A program made the position numbers and the translations under genes. This document shows, one piece after another, positions 36,895 to 46,221 of a stretch of DNA of 64,000 nucleotides (within the stretch, counting starts at the first letter, position 1; each line of letters opens with the position of its first letter). The notes beneath the pieces are model-generated. The model searched no databases. It had not been told where the DNA came from and saw nothing but the letters and a program-made list of their open reading frames with translations. Source of the stretch: Escherichia phage p000y; the sequence record MK047718.1. One strand, 5' to 3'.

Positions 36895-37443
36895 ATGGCT
36901 AAAATTATTTTAGTAGATGGCCCGGATAATGCTGGTAAAACAACTTTCATTAATGACATAATGGAAATTAGTGAAAGATATGTAAAGATTGATTTCCCTA
37001 AACGAACAGTTGATGGACGTTTCGATGTTAAGTCTCGAAATGAAGTTGGCTGTTTCGAAACGATGTTGAATTATTTAGACCCTACTAAGATTTATCTGTT
37101 AGACCGTGGATATATTAGTAACTGGGTTTATGGACGTATTCGACAAGATGCGGACTCGATTCTTGACGTTTATGAACAGGACTATGTTCGTCTTTGCCAA
37201 AACCATGATGTGTTCACAATTATTTTAACACGTAACGAAATGACTGAAAGTTTTGAAGACGACCTTATTACTTTGTCTTCATTCGGTTTTAATACAGTCA
37301 TTTCACATTTTGAAGAGTTTGCAATTCATAACAAAATCCAAACGTATCAATTACTTAATCATGATGGTGCTAACAAAGTTATAGGATTTAATGCAAGCGA
37401 ACGTAATTATTTGATTACAGAAATTATCAAATGGGCTCGTTAA
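36895..37443 (+). CDS. P-loop nucleoside/nucleotide kinase-like protein, 182 aa
   Basis: Walker A ILVDGPDNAGKTT, then LLDRGYISNWVYG resembling the dNK/TMPK fold. Confidence 0.5.
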   Translation: MAKIILVDGPDNAGKTTFINDIMEISERYVKIDFPKRTVDGRFDVKSRNEVGCFETMLNYLDPTKIYLLDRGYISNWVYGRIRQDADSILDVYEQDYVRLCQNHDVFTIILTRNEMTESFEDDLITLSSFGFNTVISHFEEFAIHNKIQTYQLLNHDGANKVIGFNASERNYLITEIIKWAR

Positions 37444-37541
37444 GAGCCATTTAAAGTTTTAAATGCTGTATAACCCTTAGTATATAATCATCTTATCTTT
37501 TAAACATGAGTAAAATATAATGATGCCTATGGAAAAATACA

Positions 37542-38714
37542 ATGTCTGATTTAAAATCTCGTCTGATTAAAGCTTCTACTTCTAAAATGACTGCAGACTT
37601 GACTAAGTCTAAGCTGTTTAATAATCGTGATGAAGTCCCTACTCGTATTCCGATGTTGAATATTGCATTAGGTGGTGCACTGAATGCCGGGTTGCAATCA
37701 GGCTTAACTATTTTTGCTGCTCCTTCTAAACACTTTAAAACGTTGTTTGGGCTGACCATGGTTGCAGCATATATGAAGAAATATAAAGATGCAATCTGTT
37801 TGTTTTATGACTCAGAATTCGGTGCTTCAGAATCTTATTTTCGTTCAATGGGTGTTGATTTAGACCGTGTAGTTCATACTCCGATTCAATCTGTCGAACA
37901 ACTTAAAGTTGATATGACTAATCAGCTTGACGCGATTGAACGCGGTGATAAAGTTATTATCTTTATCGATTCAATCGGTAATACTGCATCTAAGAAAGAA
38001 ACCGAAGATGCGTTGAACGAGAAAGTTGTAGGTGATATGTCTCGTGCTAAGGCACTTAAATCTCTGTTTCGCATTGTGACCCCGTATCTGACTATTAAAG
38101 ATATTCCGTGTGTTGCAATTAACCATACCGCAATGGAAATCGGCGGACTATATCCTAAAGAGATTATGGGTGGTGGTACAGGTATTCTTTACTCTGCTAA
38201 CACTGTATTCTTTATCTCTAAACGTCAGGTTAAAGAAGGTACAGAATTGACCGGTTATGACTTCACGTTGAAAGCAGAAAAATCTCGTACAGTTAAAGAG
38301 AAATCTACTTTCCCAATCACAGTTAATTTTGATGGTGGTATCGACCCATTCAGTGGCTTGTTAGAAATGGCAACTGAAATTGGTTTTGTAGTTAAGCCTA
38401 AAGCCGGGTGGTATGCTCGTGAATTCCTTGACGAAGAAACAGGTGAAATGATTCGTGAAGAGAAATCATGGCGTGCTAAAGCTACTGATTGTGTAGAATT
38501 CTGGGGACCGTTGTTTAAACACAAACCTTTCCGTGACGCAATTGAAACTAAATATAAACTAGGTGCTATCTCTTCTATTAAAGAAGTTGATGACGCTGTT
38601 AATGACCTTATTAATTGCAAAGCAACAACTAAAGTTCCGGTTAAAACTTCTGATGCTCCGTCTGCAGCAGATATAGAAAACGACCTTGATGAAATGGAAG
38701 ATTTCGATGAATAA
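37542..38714 (+). CDS. uvsX: Recombinase UvsX (RecA-like)
   Basis: 390 aa; ...MLNIALGGALNAGLQSGLTIFAAPSKHFKT... RecA-fold Walker A; reads as T4 UvsX. Confidence 0.92.
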   Translation: MSDLKSRLIKASTSKMTADLTKSKLFNNRDEVPTRIPMLNIALGGALNAGLQSGLTIFAAPSKHFKTLFGLTMVAAYMKKYKDAICLFYDSEFGASESYFRSMGVDLDRVVHTPIQSVEQLKVDMTNQLDAIERGDKVIIFIDSIGNTASKKETEDALNEKVVGDMSRAKALKSLFRIVTPYLTIKDIPCVAINHTAMEIGGLYPKEIMGGGTGILYSANTVFFISKRQVKEGTELTGYDFTLKAEKSRTVKEKSTFPITVNFDGGIDPFSGLLEMATEIGFVVKPKAGWYAREFLDEETGEMIREEKSWRAKATDCVEFWGPLFKHKPFRDAIETKYKLGAISSIKEVDDAVNDLINCKATTKVPVKTSDAPSAADIENDLDEMEDFDE

Positions 38715-39048
38715 TCTCGATGATTTAAATCTAGAAATCGTTGATGAATCCCCTTCTTCGGAAGGGGAAGACATTCGCAAAGAACGAGTGTTTAATGAAT
38801 CTCTTAAAATTGTCCGTTCAGCAATGGAAAATGTCATTCAAGAGATTCTGATTACGCTTGAAGATGGTTCTCATCATATAGTCTATATTACAAAACTAGA
38901 CTGGGTTGGTGGTAAAATCGTAATGGACTTTGCAGTTCTTGACCAGGGCAGAAAAGCAGAACTTGCACCACATGTTGAAAAATGTGTTACAATGCAAGTA
39001 CAACAAGCTTTTAATGAACGGACCAAGAAAAAATTTAAATTCTTTTAA
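38707..39048 (+). CDS. 40: gp40-like protein (head vertex assembly factor)
   Basis: 113 aa; sits between uvsX and 41 as T4 gene 40 does; overlaps the uvsX stop. Confidence 0.5.
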   Translation: MNNLDDLNLEIVDESPSSEGEDIRKERVFNESLKIVRSAMENVIQEILITLEDGSHHIVYITKLDWVGGKIVMDFAVLDQGRKAELAPHVEKCVTMQVQQAFNERTKKKFKFF

Positions 39049-39057
39049 GGAGTTATC

Positions 39058-40500
39058 GTGGTAGAAATTATTTTGTCTCATCTAGTATACGACCAGGCTT
39101 ATTTTTCTAAGGTCTGGCCTTATATGGATTCTGAGTATTTTGAGCGTGGACCGGCAAAAAATGTCTTTAAAATTATAAAGAGCCACGTTAACGAATATAA
39201 TGCAATGCCATCTATCAATGCGTTAAAGGTGGCTTTAGATAACAGTTCTTTAACTGAAGCCGAATATAAAGGAACTTCAGACCTAATTGAAAAATTGGCT
39301 GATACTCCTGAAGACCATGAGTGGTTGGTTAAAGAAACTGAGAAATATGTCCAGCAAAAAGCGATGTATAATGCTACATCCAAAATCATTGAGATTCAGT
39401 CTAATGCTGAACTACCTCCAGAACAACGTAACAAGAAAATGCCTGACGTAGGAGCTATTCCTGATATTATGCGTCAAGCACTTTCAATTTCGTTCGATAG
39501 TTATGTTGGACATGACTGGATGGAAGACTATGAAGCACGCTGGCTTTCTTATCTAAATAAAGCACGTAAGGTCCCGTTCAAATTAAACATTCTTAATAAA
39601 ATCACCAAAGGTGGCGCAGAAACAGGTACACTGAACGTTTTAATGGCCGGTGTTAACGTTGGTAAATCTTTAGGCCTTTGTTCACTTGCTGCAGATTATC
39701 TTCAAACAGGACATAATGTTCTTTATATTTCCATGGAAATGGCTGAAGAAGTTTGTGCTAAGCGTATAGATGCAAACATGCTTGACGTATCACTCGATGA
39801 TATCGATGATGGTAACGTATCTTATGCTGAATATAAAGCCAAGATGGAAAAATGGCGTTCAAAAACAACATTAGGACGTTTAGTAGTTAAACAGTATCCT
39901 ACTGGTGGAGCTAATGCTAATACATTTCGTGCATTGCTTAATGAGTTAAAACTTAAGAAGAACTTTGTGCCATCTGTAATCATGGTTGATTACTTAGGTA
40001 TTTGTGGGTCTTGTCGTATCAGAGTTTACACTGAAAATAGCTACACATTAGTTAAAGCTATCGCAGAAGAACTTCGTGCATTAGCAGTAGAATCTGAAAC
40101 AGTTCTATGGACTGCAGCTCAAGTAGGACGTGCAGCATGGGATGCTTCAGACATGAACATGAGTGATATCGCAGAATCGGCAGGTTTACCAGCAACGGCA
40201 GATTTCATGTTGGCTGTAATTGAAACCGAAGAACTTGCACAAGCTGAACAACAACTTATCAAACAAATCAAATCACGATACGGCGATAAGAATAAGTGGA
40301 ATAAATTCCTGATGGGTGTACGTAAAGGCAATCAGAAATGGGTTGAGATTGAGCAAGAAGGCATGAACACACCTAACACAGTAAATGAAAACGCAGGTGC
40401 TCAGATGCGTCAGGCAGAGGTGAATCGTACGGAACGCGTAGGTAAAGCCAAAGCAACACGTGCTGACCTAGATAGCTTAGCCAATGAGTTAAAATTTTAA
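39058..40500 (+). CDS. 41: Replicative helicase gp41 (DnaB-like)
   Basis: 480 aa, GTG start; MVEIILSHL..DQAYFSKVWPYMDSEYFE, Walker A GVNVGKS. Confidence 0.92.
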   Translation: MVEIILSHLVYDQAYFSKVWPYMDSEYFERGPAKNVFKIIKSHVNEYNAMPSINALKVALDNSSLTEAEYKGTSDLIEKLADTPEDHEWLVKETEKYVQQKAMYNATSKIIEIQSNAELPPEQRNKKMPDVGAIPDIMRQALSISFDSYVGHDWMEDYEARWLSYLNKARKVPFKLNILNKITKGGAETGTLNVLMAGVNVGKSLGLCSLAADYLQTGHNVLYISMEMAEEVCAKRIDANMLDVSLDDIDDGNVSYAEYKAKMEKWRSKTTLGRLVVKQYPTGGANANTFRALLNELKLKKNFVPSVIMVDYLGICGSCRIRVYTENSYTLVKAIAEELRALAVESETVLWTAAQVGRAAWDASDMNMSDIAESAGLPATADFMLAVIETEELAQAEQQLIKQIKSRYGDKNKWNKFLMGVRKGNQKWVEIEQEGMNTPNTVNENAGAQMRQAEVNRTERVGKAKATRADLDSLANELKF

Positions 40501-40505
40501 TAAAA

Positions 40506-40523
40506 AGGAGACTTCGGTCTCCT
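40506..40523 (+). terminator. UUCG-tetraloop hairpin after gene 41
   Basis: AGGAGAC-TTCG-GTCTCCT followed by TT. Confidence 0.5.
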
Positions 40524-40529
40524 TTCGGG

Positions 40530-40558
40530 GTTTACATCTTCCTCTAGGCATGATATGA
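40530..40558 (+). promoter_or_regulatory. Early promoter (GTTTAC, TATGAT)
   Basis: GTTTAC 40530-40535, 17-bp spacer, TATGAT 40553-40558. Confidence 0.5.
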
Positions 40559-40588
40559 TGAACTTACACCAACCAAGAGGAAAACATT

Positions 40589-40963
40589 ATGAATATGTCT
40601 CAAGCAATTTTTACTGCAATCACCGAAAACACAACTGTTGAAGTAGTTTCTCCACTGGCAACCTACGTTATTCTTGCTCCTAAAACTATTGTATCTCGTA
40701 TGGAAAACATGGGCAAACGTATCGTACAAATAGTTGGAGCTGGAAATCAAAAACTTGATTATCTACGAACCATCAAAGCTTATGAACATTTCCAACTCGA
40801 AAAAGGTTCTCCTATCCAGGTAGAACTCGTAAATGGTGATATCGTTCGAGCAATGTTCCATCATTTCTATGCATTGAATGACCCATCTAAAGCGGTTCGT
40901 TTAATTGCATACGACGCAAACCAAAAAGAAATCAACGCAGATGTATCTAAATTACGTTTTTAA
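40589..40963 (+). CDS. Hypothetical protein, 124 aa
   Basis: RBS AAGAGGAAA upstream. Confidence 0.45.
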   Translation: MNMSQAIFTAITENTTVEVVSPLATYVILAPKTIVSRMENMGKRIVQIVGAGNQKLDYLRTIKAYEHFQLEKGSPIQVELVNGDIVRAMFHHFYALNDPSKAVRLIAYDANQKEINADVSKLRF

Positions 40964-41010
40964 GTTTACTTCTCCAGTAGTTGTGTTATTATAGACCTAT
41001 CAACTACTGG
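40964..41010 (+). promoter_or_regulatory. Early promoter inside a 10-bp inverted repeat (PeSL-like)
   Basis: GTTTAC 40964-40969, TATTAT 40987-40992; CCAGTAGTTG ... CAACTACTGG flank the -10. Confidence 0.55.
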
Positions 41011-41018
41011 AGAACAAA

Positions 41019-41336
41019 ATGAAAACCATCGATTGTAAAGCAGAATTTAAGATTTTTTATCACGGTTCAAGTAGTTCAGCTAACATCGAAAACATGCTTT
41101 GTCCTCCTGAGGAAACAGGAGTTCTGTCTGAAACTGGACGTAAGAAAAACTTGGATCGTGTATTCTTTACTGAAGATATCGGTTTAGCAAAGATTTATGC
41201 AGGACGAGCGGCACGCTCTTATGGAGGTGAACCACGTCTCTATCGAGTAATTTCTCCGGTAGACGTAGTTCAAATGAATAATACTAAAGGTGCTACAGTT
41301 TATCACGCTGAATGGGCATTTTGCGAGGAAATATGA
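41019..41336 (+). CDS. Hypothetical protein, 105 aa
   Basis: RBS GGAGAA upstream. Confidence 0.4.
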   Translation: MKTIDCKAEFKIFYHGSSSSANIENMLCPPEETGVLSETGRKKNLDRVFFTEDIGLAKIYAGRAARSYGGEPRLYRVISPVDVVQMNNTKGATVYHAEWAFCEEI

Positions 41337-41521
41337 GCAAATTAACTAAAATTACTTTTATTGGCTGGTTTAAAAGCGGTGAGATGTTCACTAAAGATAT
41401 CATGTTATCAGGTGATCGTGAAGAAATCGAGTGGGTTGCGGTACAACTTGCTGAAGTAAACAATGCATTAGTTAAAGCATTTATTAATGACGAGAAAGTT
41501 TTTGAAGCAGATTTTCGATAA
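41333..41521 (+). CDS. dmd: Dmd-like antitoxin (discriminator of mRNA degradation; anti-RnlA/LsoA)
   Basis: About 62 aa; ...FIGWFKSGEMFTKDIML...VAVQLAEVNNALVKAFINDEKV... reads as T4 Dmd; located just downstream of gene 41 as in T4. Confidence 0.65.
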   Translation: MSKLTKITFIGWFKSGEMFTKDIMLSGDREEIEWVAVQLAEVNNALVKAFINDEKVFEADFR

Positions 41522-41534
41522 TTTTAAAATAACT

Positions 41535-41564
41535 GTTTACAAGCACCGCATACTGTGTTACTAT
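41535..41564 (+). promoter_or_regulatory. Early promoter (GTTTAC, TACTAT)
   Basis: 18-bp spacing. Confidence 0.45.
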
Positions 41565-41592
41565 CTTTCTATCAACTACAGAGGAAATTGAA

Positions 41593-41961
41593 ATGAAAAA
41601 ATTAATCGCTTTAGCAATGGTATTTGGATTAACCGGATGTGGTGCCCACGGCTTTATCCCTAATAACGTTGGCCAACTGATTTACAATCCGAATGTTAAA
41701 CAGTACGACCAACCTAAAGTTGAAGTGGAAGATCCGGTTACTGTAGGTAATCGAATGATTCAAGCTGATGCTCATGCTCAACGTTATCGTGATTCTGATA
41801 CTGTAGCATTGTCAAAAGAACAACGCGTTAAAGAACATTGTCTACAGGCTACTGAAATCGCATTCATTCGCTATGTTGAAACAACTGGTAAAGAGCCTAC
41901 CCAGAAACAAATCGCGAATAACTACGTCCAGTGTATTGAACGTTTAAACAAATTTAATTAA
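41593..41961 (+). CDS. Lipoprotein, 122 aa
   Basis: Signal peptide with lipobox LTGC (MKKLIALAMVFGLTGCGAHG). Confidence 0.55.
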   Translation: MKKLIALAMVFGLTGCGAHGFIPNNVGQLIYNPNVKQYDQPKVEVEDPVTVGNRMIQADAHAQRYRDSDTVALSKEQRVKEHCLQATEIAFIRYVETTGKEPTQKQIANNYVQCIERLNKFN

Positions 41962-42022
41962 TTGGTTTACGCAAAAGTTAAAACAAGATACTATAAACAT
42001 AACAAATCAAGAGGAAATTAAC

Positions 42023-42271
42023 ATGGAATTATTCGTAGCTAGTTCAGTAGCAGTTTTAATCGCAGGTATTGGTTCAATCATCATTTACATGTTGCCTTGG
42101 GTAATCGCACTTATTCGTGGCACAAAAAGCACAACAGCAATCTTCTTTGTATCTTTACTCTTTAACTGGACGATGATTGGTTGGATTGGAACTTTAATTT
42201 GGTCTATCGTTGCCGAAAAGAAATCTGCTCAGCAGCCTCAACAAGTAATTATTATTCGCGAAAAAGAATAA
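42023..42271 (+). CDS. Small membrane protein, 82 aa
   Basis: Two hydrophobic helices. Confidence 0.45.
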   Translation: MELFVASSVAVLIAGIGSIIIYMLPWVIALIRGTKSTTAIFFVSLLFNWTMIGWIGTLIWSIVAEKKSAQQPQQVIIIREKE

Positions 42272-42275
42272 ACTT

Positions 42276-42310
42276 GTTTACATTATAGATGGACTATAGT
42301 ATAGTAGTCC
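42276..42310 (+). promoter_or_regulatory. Early promoter with stem-loop (PeSL-like)
   Basis: GTTTAC 42276-42281, TATAGT 42300-42305; GGACTA/TAGTCC inverted repeat. Confidence 0.5.
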
Positions 42311-42334
42311 TATCAAATCAACTAAGGAGTTAAA

Positions 42335-42628
42335 ATGAAAAAGTTATCATTGGCAGCAATCTTACTTGCAGTATCATGTGCACCGGCTCCAGTTACGGCA
42401 GGTTATGATAAAGACCTCTGTGAGTGGTCAATGACTGCAAATCAAGAAGATGTTGAACAACAAATCTTCTCTGATATCATGAACATCACTAAACGAGACC
42501 GTCCTAATATGGTTAATAAAGTTGTTGAACAACTTAAGTCTGGTGGTATCATGCAGTACAACTATGTTTTGTATTGTGACCCTAATTTCGATAACAAAGA
42601 TATCGTAACCGAAATCACAGGTGAATAA
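42335..42628 (+). CDS. sp: Periplasmic protein, 97 aa; candidate Spackle (sp) superinfection-exclusion protein
   Basis: Signal peptide MKKLSLAAILLAVSCAPA; size and position relative to 41/61 match T4 sp. Confidence 0.4.
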   Translation: MKKLSLAAILLAVSCAPAPVTAGYDKDLCEWSMTANQEDVEQQIFSDIMNITKRDRPNMVNKVVEQLKSGGIMQYNYVLYCDPNFDNKDIVTEITGE

Positions 42629-42629
42629 T

Positions 42630-43280
42630 ATGATTTATTATATGCACAAAAACGCACCATTTAAATATGGTAAATTTCCTAATGCACAATGTTATAATAT
42701 AACGCCGAACGAAAATAATAACGGATATCATATTGGTGTAATTTTTGTAATTGTTAAAGATAACGAAATCATTGCCTGGGCCGATTTTAAAGGTACAACA
42801 TATGATGTTAATCCTGTGCCTTTCACATATTACAATATAATGGATTTGGCATATGATTATAATTGGTTTAATCATGACACGTTGGCTCATATTGAAGGTG
42901 TAGGATTTGACATCTCTTATTCTAGCTATTCATTATGTCCTATGAGCCGAGCTCACGGTAAAGATGTATCATATCTTTCAATTCGGAAACGTGTAAACTT
43001 CAAACGTAGTACAGAGTATGTTGGTGGACTCTTTGTTAAAGATAATAAAATAACCCGTATTAGTTATCCTTTAAGTGTAGGTCAAAAAGATGTTGACGTT
43101 GATTTGGACTTAACTGAAAATAACATTAATCGTATTGCTTCTGTATATTTTGATATCGATGAAAAAATTGTAGTGTGTGGATACGAATTACCACCTGAAG
43201 AAAAGGCTGAAGCAATTGAAGTCGAATTAGAAATTTCTGTTGATGACCAAATATTTAATGCATTTATGAATCGAGGTTAA
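42630..43280 (+). CDS. Hypothetical protein, 216 aa
   Basis: ATG 42630 (the track ORF starts at GTG 42621). Confidence 0.4.
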   Translation: MIYYMHKNAPFKYGKFPNAQCYNITPNENNNGYHIGVIFVIVKDNEIIAWADFKGTTYDVNPVPFTYYNIMDLAYDYNWFNHDTLAHIEGVGFDISYSSYSLCPMSRAHGKDVSYLSIRKRVNFKRSTEYVGGLFVKDNKITRISYPLSVGQKDVDVDLDLTENNINRIASVYFDIDEKIVVCGYELPPEEKAEAIEVELEISVDDQIFNAFMNRG

Positions 43281-43281
43281 A

Positions 43282-43479
43282 ATGACTACTGCAATTTGCA
43301 CTGGTTCTAAAATTAGTGTTTTTACAAGTTTTGAAGATTATGAAGTTGTTTCAAAACACCAATGCCATATTAGCGTAAAAGCTAATGACGGTGTAATTTG
43401 GAATATTCCACAGTATGAAGGCACTACATATGAAGTCACAGATATAAATGGTAACAAAGCAATCTTTGTAATTGATTAA
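43282..43479 (+). CDS. Hypothetical protein, 65 aa
   Basis: ORF directly after the previous stop. Confidence 0.35.
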   Translation: MTTAICTGSKISVFTSFEDYEVVSKHQCHISVKANDGVIWNIPQYEGTTYEVTDINGNKAIFVID

Positions 43480-43498
43480 ATATACTCAGGAGGTACCT

Positions 43499-43966
43499 AT
43501 GGGTATTATTAACACTGCAATAGATTCTGTTTACGCATATAAGTTTATTCGACTAATGCAAAAACCTTTTACCGAATGGAAAGCATACGAAGCCAAAATC
43601 ATCGATGAACGTGGAAGTGTTCTTAAACGCCCTTCCACTCCTGAAGAGAAAGCGGCTTATACACCTTTTCATGCTTCAGTTCGTTCAATGAAGCGAATGA
43701 TGAACACTGTTCCAGGTCTTAATGGAATGGCATCAATGATGTCTGCCTGGAGTGCTGTAGCATCCCGCTATAACATTACAGAAGAACAGCAGAAAGAAAT
43801 ATTTAAAGAACTCCCTTTATTTGAGGATATGGTGGCTGGTGATTCAGGTGGCAGCCCTCAAGCTATTGCATCAGGAACAACCACAGGTGCAGTCGTAAAT
43901 AAAGGTCCAGAACAAATTCCTTCCAAGAAAAGAAAGCGAATTAAAGTAAATATTAATAAGTTGTGA
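43499..43966 (+). CDS. Hypothetical protein, 155 aa
   Basis: RBS AGGAGG upstream of ATG 43499. Confidence 0.45.
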   Translation: MGIINTAIDSVYAYKFIRLMQKPFTEWKAYEAKIIDERGSVLKRPSTPEEKAAYTPFHASVRSMKRMMNTVPGLNGMASMMSAWSAVASRYNITEEQQKEIFKELPLFEDMVAGDSGGSPQAIASGTTTGAVVNKGPEQIPSKKRKRIKVNINKL

Positions 43967-44005
43967 TATGATGGCCTTATTAATTTAAGGCCTCTGGAGA
44001 ATACT

Positions 44006-45028
44006 ATGGCTGAATGGATAGATAATGAATTTGCTTATCGTGCGTTTTCTCACCTCCCTCGTTTTAGACAAATCAATAATTCAAGCACATTTAAATTAAC
44101 GTTTCGTTGTCCAGTTTGTGGCGACTCCCAGACAGATGCAATGAAAGCTCGCGGATGGTATTATGGCGGTACTCCTGGTAATGTACATTGCTATAACTGC
44201 CAATACCACAATACAATTTCCGGATACTTAAAAGAGTATGATGAAGAGCTTTATCGCGAATATCTAATGGAAGTTCGTAAAGAAAAAGCTAGAATGGAAC
44301 CGAAGATTGAAAAGGTTCCTGAACATAAACCAGAACCGGAGAAAAAGACTATAAATTCTTTGCCGTCTTGTTCTCGTCTGGACAAACTGCCTGAAGAGCA
44401 TCCTATTGTGAAATATGTTAAGTCTCGGTGTATTCCTAAAGAATCGTGGAATAGATTATGGTTCACATTAGAATGGCCTAAATTGGTCAACAAGATTCAA
44501 CCTGGTACGTATAAGAAAGAGATTCCCGAGCCACGTTTAGTGATTCCTATTTTTAATAAAGACGGGAAGGCCGAGTCATTCCAAGGACGTGCACTTCGTA
44601 AAGATGCTCCTCAGAAATATATCACTATTAAAGCGTTTGAGTCTGCAACAAAAATTTATGGTGTTGAACGTGTTAAGGAAGGAGACGTCTGGGTAATGGA
44701 AGGCCCTATTGATAGTTTATTCATACCCAATGCAATCGCTATTACAGGCGGCTCAATAGATTTAGATGTGGTACCATTTAAAGAACGTCGGGTATGGGTA
44801 ATGGATAATGAACCTAGGCATCCAGATACTATAGCTCGCATGAAGCGATTAGTTGATGCAGGCGAACGTGTCATGTTCTGGGACCGAGCTCCATGGAGAT
44901 CAAAGGATGTGAATGATATGGTAATGAAAGAAAATGCAACACCACAAGAAATTTTAGAATATATGAAACAGAATATTTCAAGTGGGTTGCATGCTAAAAT
45001 GAGATTATCTCGTTATTCGAAGATTTAA
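44006..45028 (+). CDS. 61: DNA primase gp61
   Basis: 340 aa; zinc ribbon CPVCGDS...CYNC and TOPRIM region. Confidence 0.9.
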   Translation: MAEWIDNEFAYRAFSHLPRFRQINNSSTFKLTFRCPVCGDSQTDAMKARGWYYGGTPGNVHCYNCQYHNTISGYLKEYDEELYREYLMEVRKEKARMEPKIEKVPEHKPEPEKKTINSLPSCSRLDKLPEEHPIVKYVKSRCIPKESWNRLWFTLEWPKLVNKIQPGTYKKEIPEPRLVIPIFNKDGKAESFQGRALRKDAPQKYITIKAFESATKIYGVERVKEGDVWVMEGPIDSLFIPNAIAITGGSIDLDVVPFKERRVWVMDNEPRHPDTIARMKRLVDAGERVMFWDRAPWRSKDVNDMVMKENATPQEILEYMKQNISSGLHAKMRLSRYSKI

Positions 45029-45222
45029 ACAAGCCCTATAATAGCAAAGGCCAAATCAACTACAGTATCCAATGGAACAGAAGGAACTATAATACCATGG
45101 GCAACTAACAATGGTGCAATCCCGAAGTTCCATGAAATAATGCCACCTACAACTATTGCAGCGATAGCAGTTTTCTTTTTATTGCCTTTAATAGCGTTGA
45201 TTAACGATGGAAGTTTAAACAT
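45025..45222 (-). CDS. Small membrane protein, 65 aa, on the reverse strand
   Basis: Only ORF in the 61-56 intergenic gap; strong RBS TAAGGAG 8 nt upstream of ATG on the minus strand; two hydrophobic helices; convergent stop overlap with gene 61. Confidence 0.5.
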   Translation of the reverse strand: MFKLPSLINAIKGNKKKTAIAAIVVGGIISWNFGIAPLLVAHGIIVPSVPLDTVVDLAFAIIGLV

Positions 45223-45310
45223 AATATCTCCTTAGTTACCTATTATTTATTACGCTTTATAAAATTAATGTTAGAATTAACTCTCTTATATTGAATTGAA
45301 AGGAAAAATA

Positions 45311-45832
45311 ATGGCACACTTTAACGAATGTTCACAACTTATTTCCGGTGTTGATAAAGCAGAAGAAGCTTATTTTAATGCTCTGATTCACGAAGATAAA
45401 GACCCACTGCAGGTAATGCTTGATATGCAGAAATCTTTACAGGTTCGTCTGGCAAATGACAAGCCTGAACATAACAAACATCCTGATGAATTGGCCACTG
45501 CTGGTGATGTTGTTGATTGGCTGCGTAATCAGAAAGATTATATTGATGATGAATTTCGTGAACTGCTGACTTCACTTGGTGGTATGAGCAACGGTGAAAA
45601 AGCCGCCAGCAGTGTATGGAAGCCGTGGAAGGCACAACATGCTGAATATCGTAATCGTCGTATTGATGAACTGTCTCCTGAAGACCAGCTCGAAATTAAA
45701 TTCGAAATGATTGATATTCTGCACTTCGTTCTGAACATGTTCCAAGGTCTGGGTCTTTCTGCTGAAGAAATCTTTAAACTGTATTATCTGAAGAATGCTG
45801 AAAACTTTGCTCGTCAAGACCGAGGTTATTAA
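45311..45832 (+). CDS. 56: dCTPase/dCTP pyrophosphatase gp56 (MazG-like)
   Basis: 173 aa from ATG 45311 (RBS AAGGAAA); MAHFNEC...DPLQVMLDMQ...LANDKPE...LSPEDQLEIKFE...AEEIFKLYYLKNAENFARQDRGY reads as T4 gp56. Confidence 0.9.
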   Translation: MAHFNECSQLISGVDKAEEAYFNALIHEDKDPLQVMLDMQKSLQVRLANDKPEHNKHPDELATAGDVVDWLRNQKDYIDDEFRELLTSLGGMSNGEKAASSVWKPWKAQHAEYRNRRIDELSPEDQLEIKFEMIDILHFVLNMFQGLGLSAEEIFKLYYLKNAENFARQDRGY

Positions 45833-46005
45833 TGGCTCGTTTAAATAAACGTCAGCTTAAGAAAGCTCATAAGAAACGTATTGACCAACTATTTAAAAAT
45901 GATAACAGTGAGCTTATTTGTAAGCTCCTGTCTAATCAACTTCAGCATGTTAGTCAATTATCAGACCATCTACATATGGTTGATTGGGTTGCAAATGAAA
46001 CTTGA
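45832..46005 (+). CDS. Small basic protein, 57 aa
   Basis: ATG overlaps the gene 56 stop; below the track cutoff. Confidence 0.3.
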   Translation: MARLNKRQLKKAHKKRIDQLFKNDNSELICKLLSNQLQHVSQLSDHLHMVDWVANET

Positions 46006-46219
46006 TTTTTATGCATGGCAAAAAGCCGGGAGACCGGCTAATAAAGCATTCGGCTCTGATGGATATAATACTAGACTCCACTGGAAATTTAATACTCCAG
46101 ATGATTATTCTCCGGTAATAATTAACGGTGATGTTGTTATATTAGCTAAATTCGGATATTTTATTGTCCCGAAGAAATTCATTATAAATACACCTGTAAT
46201 TAAACAACAAAGGAGTTAA
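45995..46219 (+). CDS. Hypothetical protein, 74 aa
   Basis: ATG 45995 within the track ORF 45881-46219. Confidence 0.35.
   Translation: MKLDFYAWQKAGRPANKAFGSDGYNTRLHWKFNTPDDYSPVIINGDVVILAKFGYFIVPKKFIINTPVIKQQRS
46183..46190 (+). promoter_or_regulatory. Late promoter TATAAATA upstream of soc
   Basis: Exact TATAAATA 32 nt before the soc ATG, with RBS AAAGGAG; consistent with soc being a late capsid gene. Confidence 0.55.
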
Positions 46220-46221
46220 TT

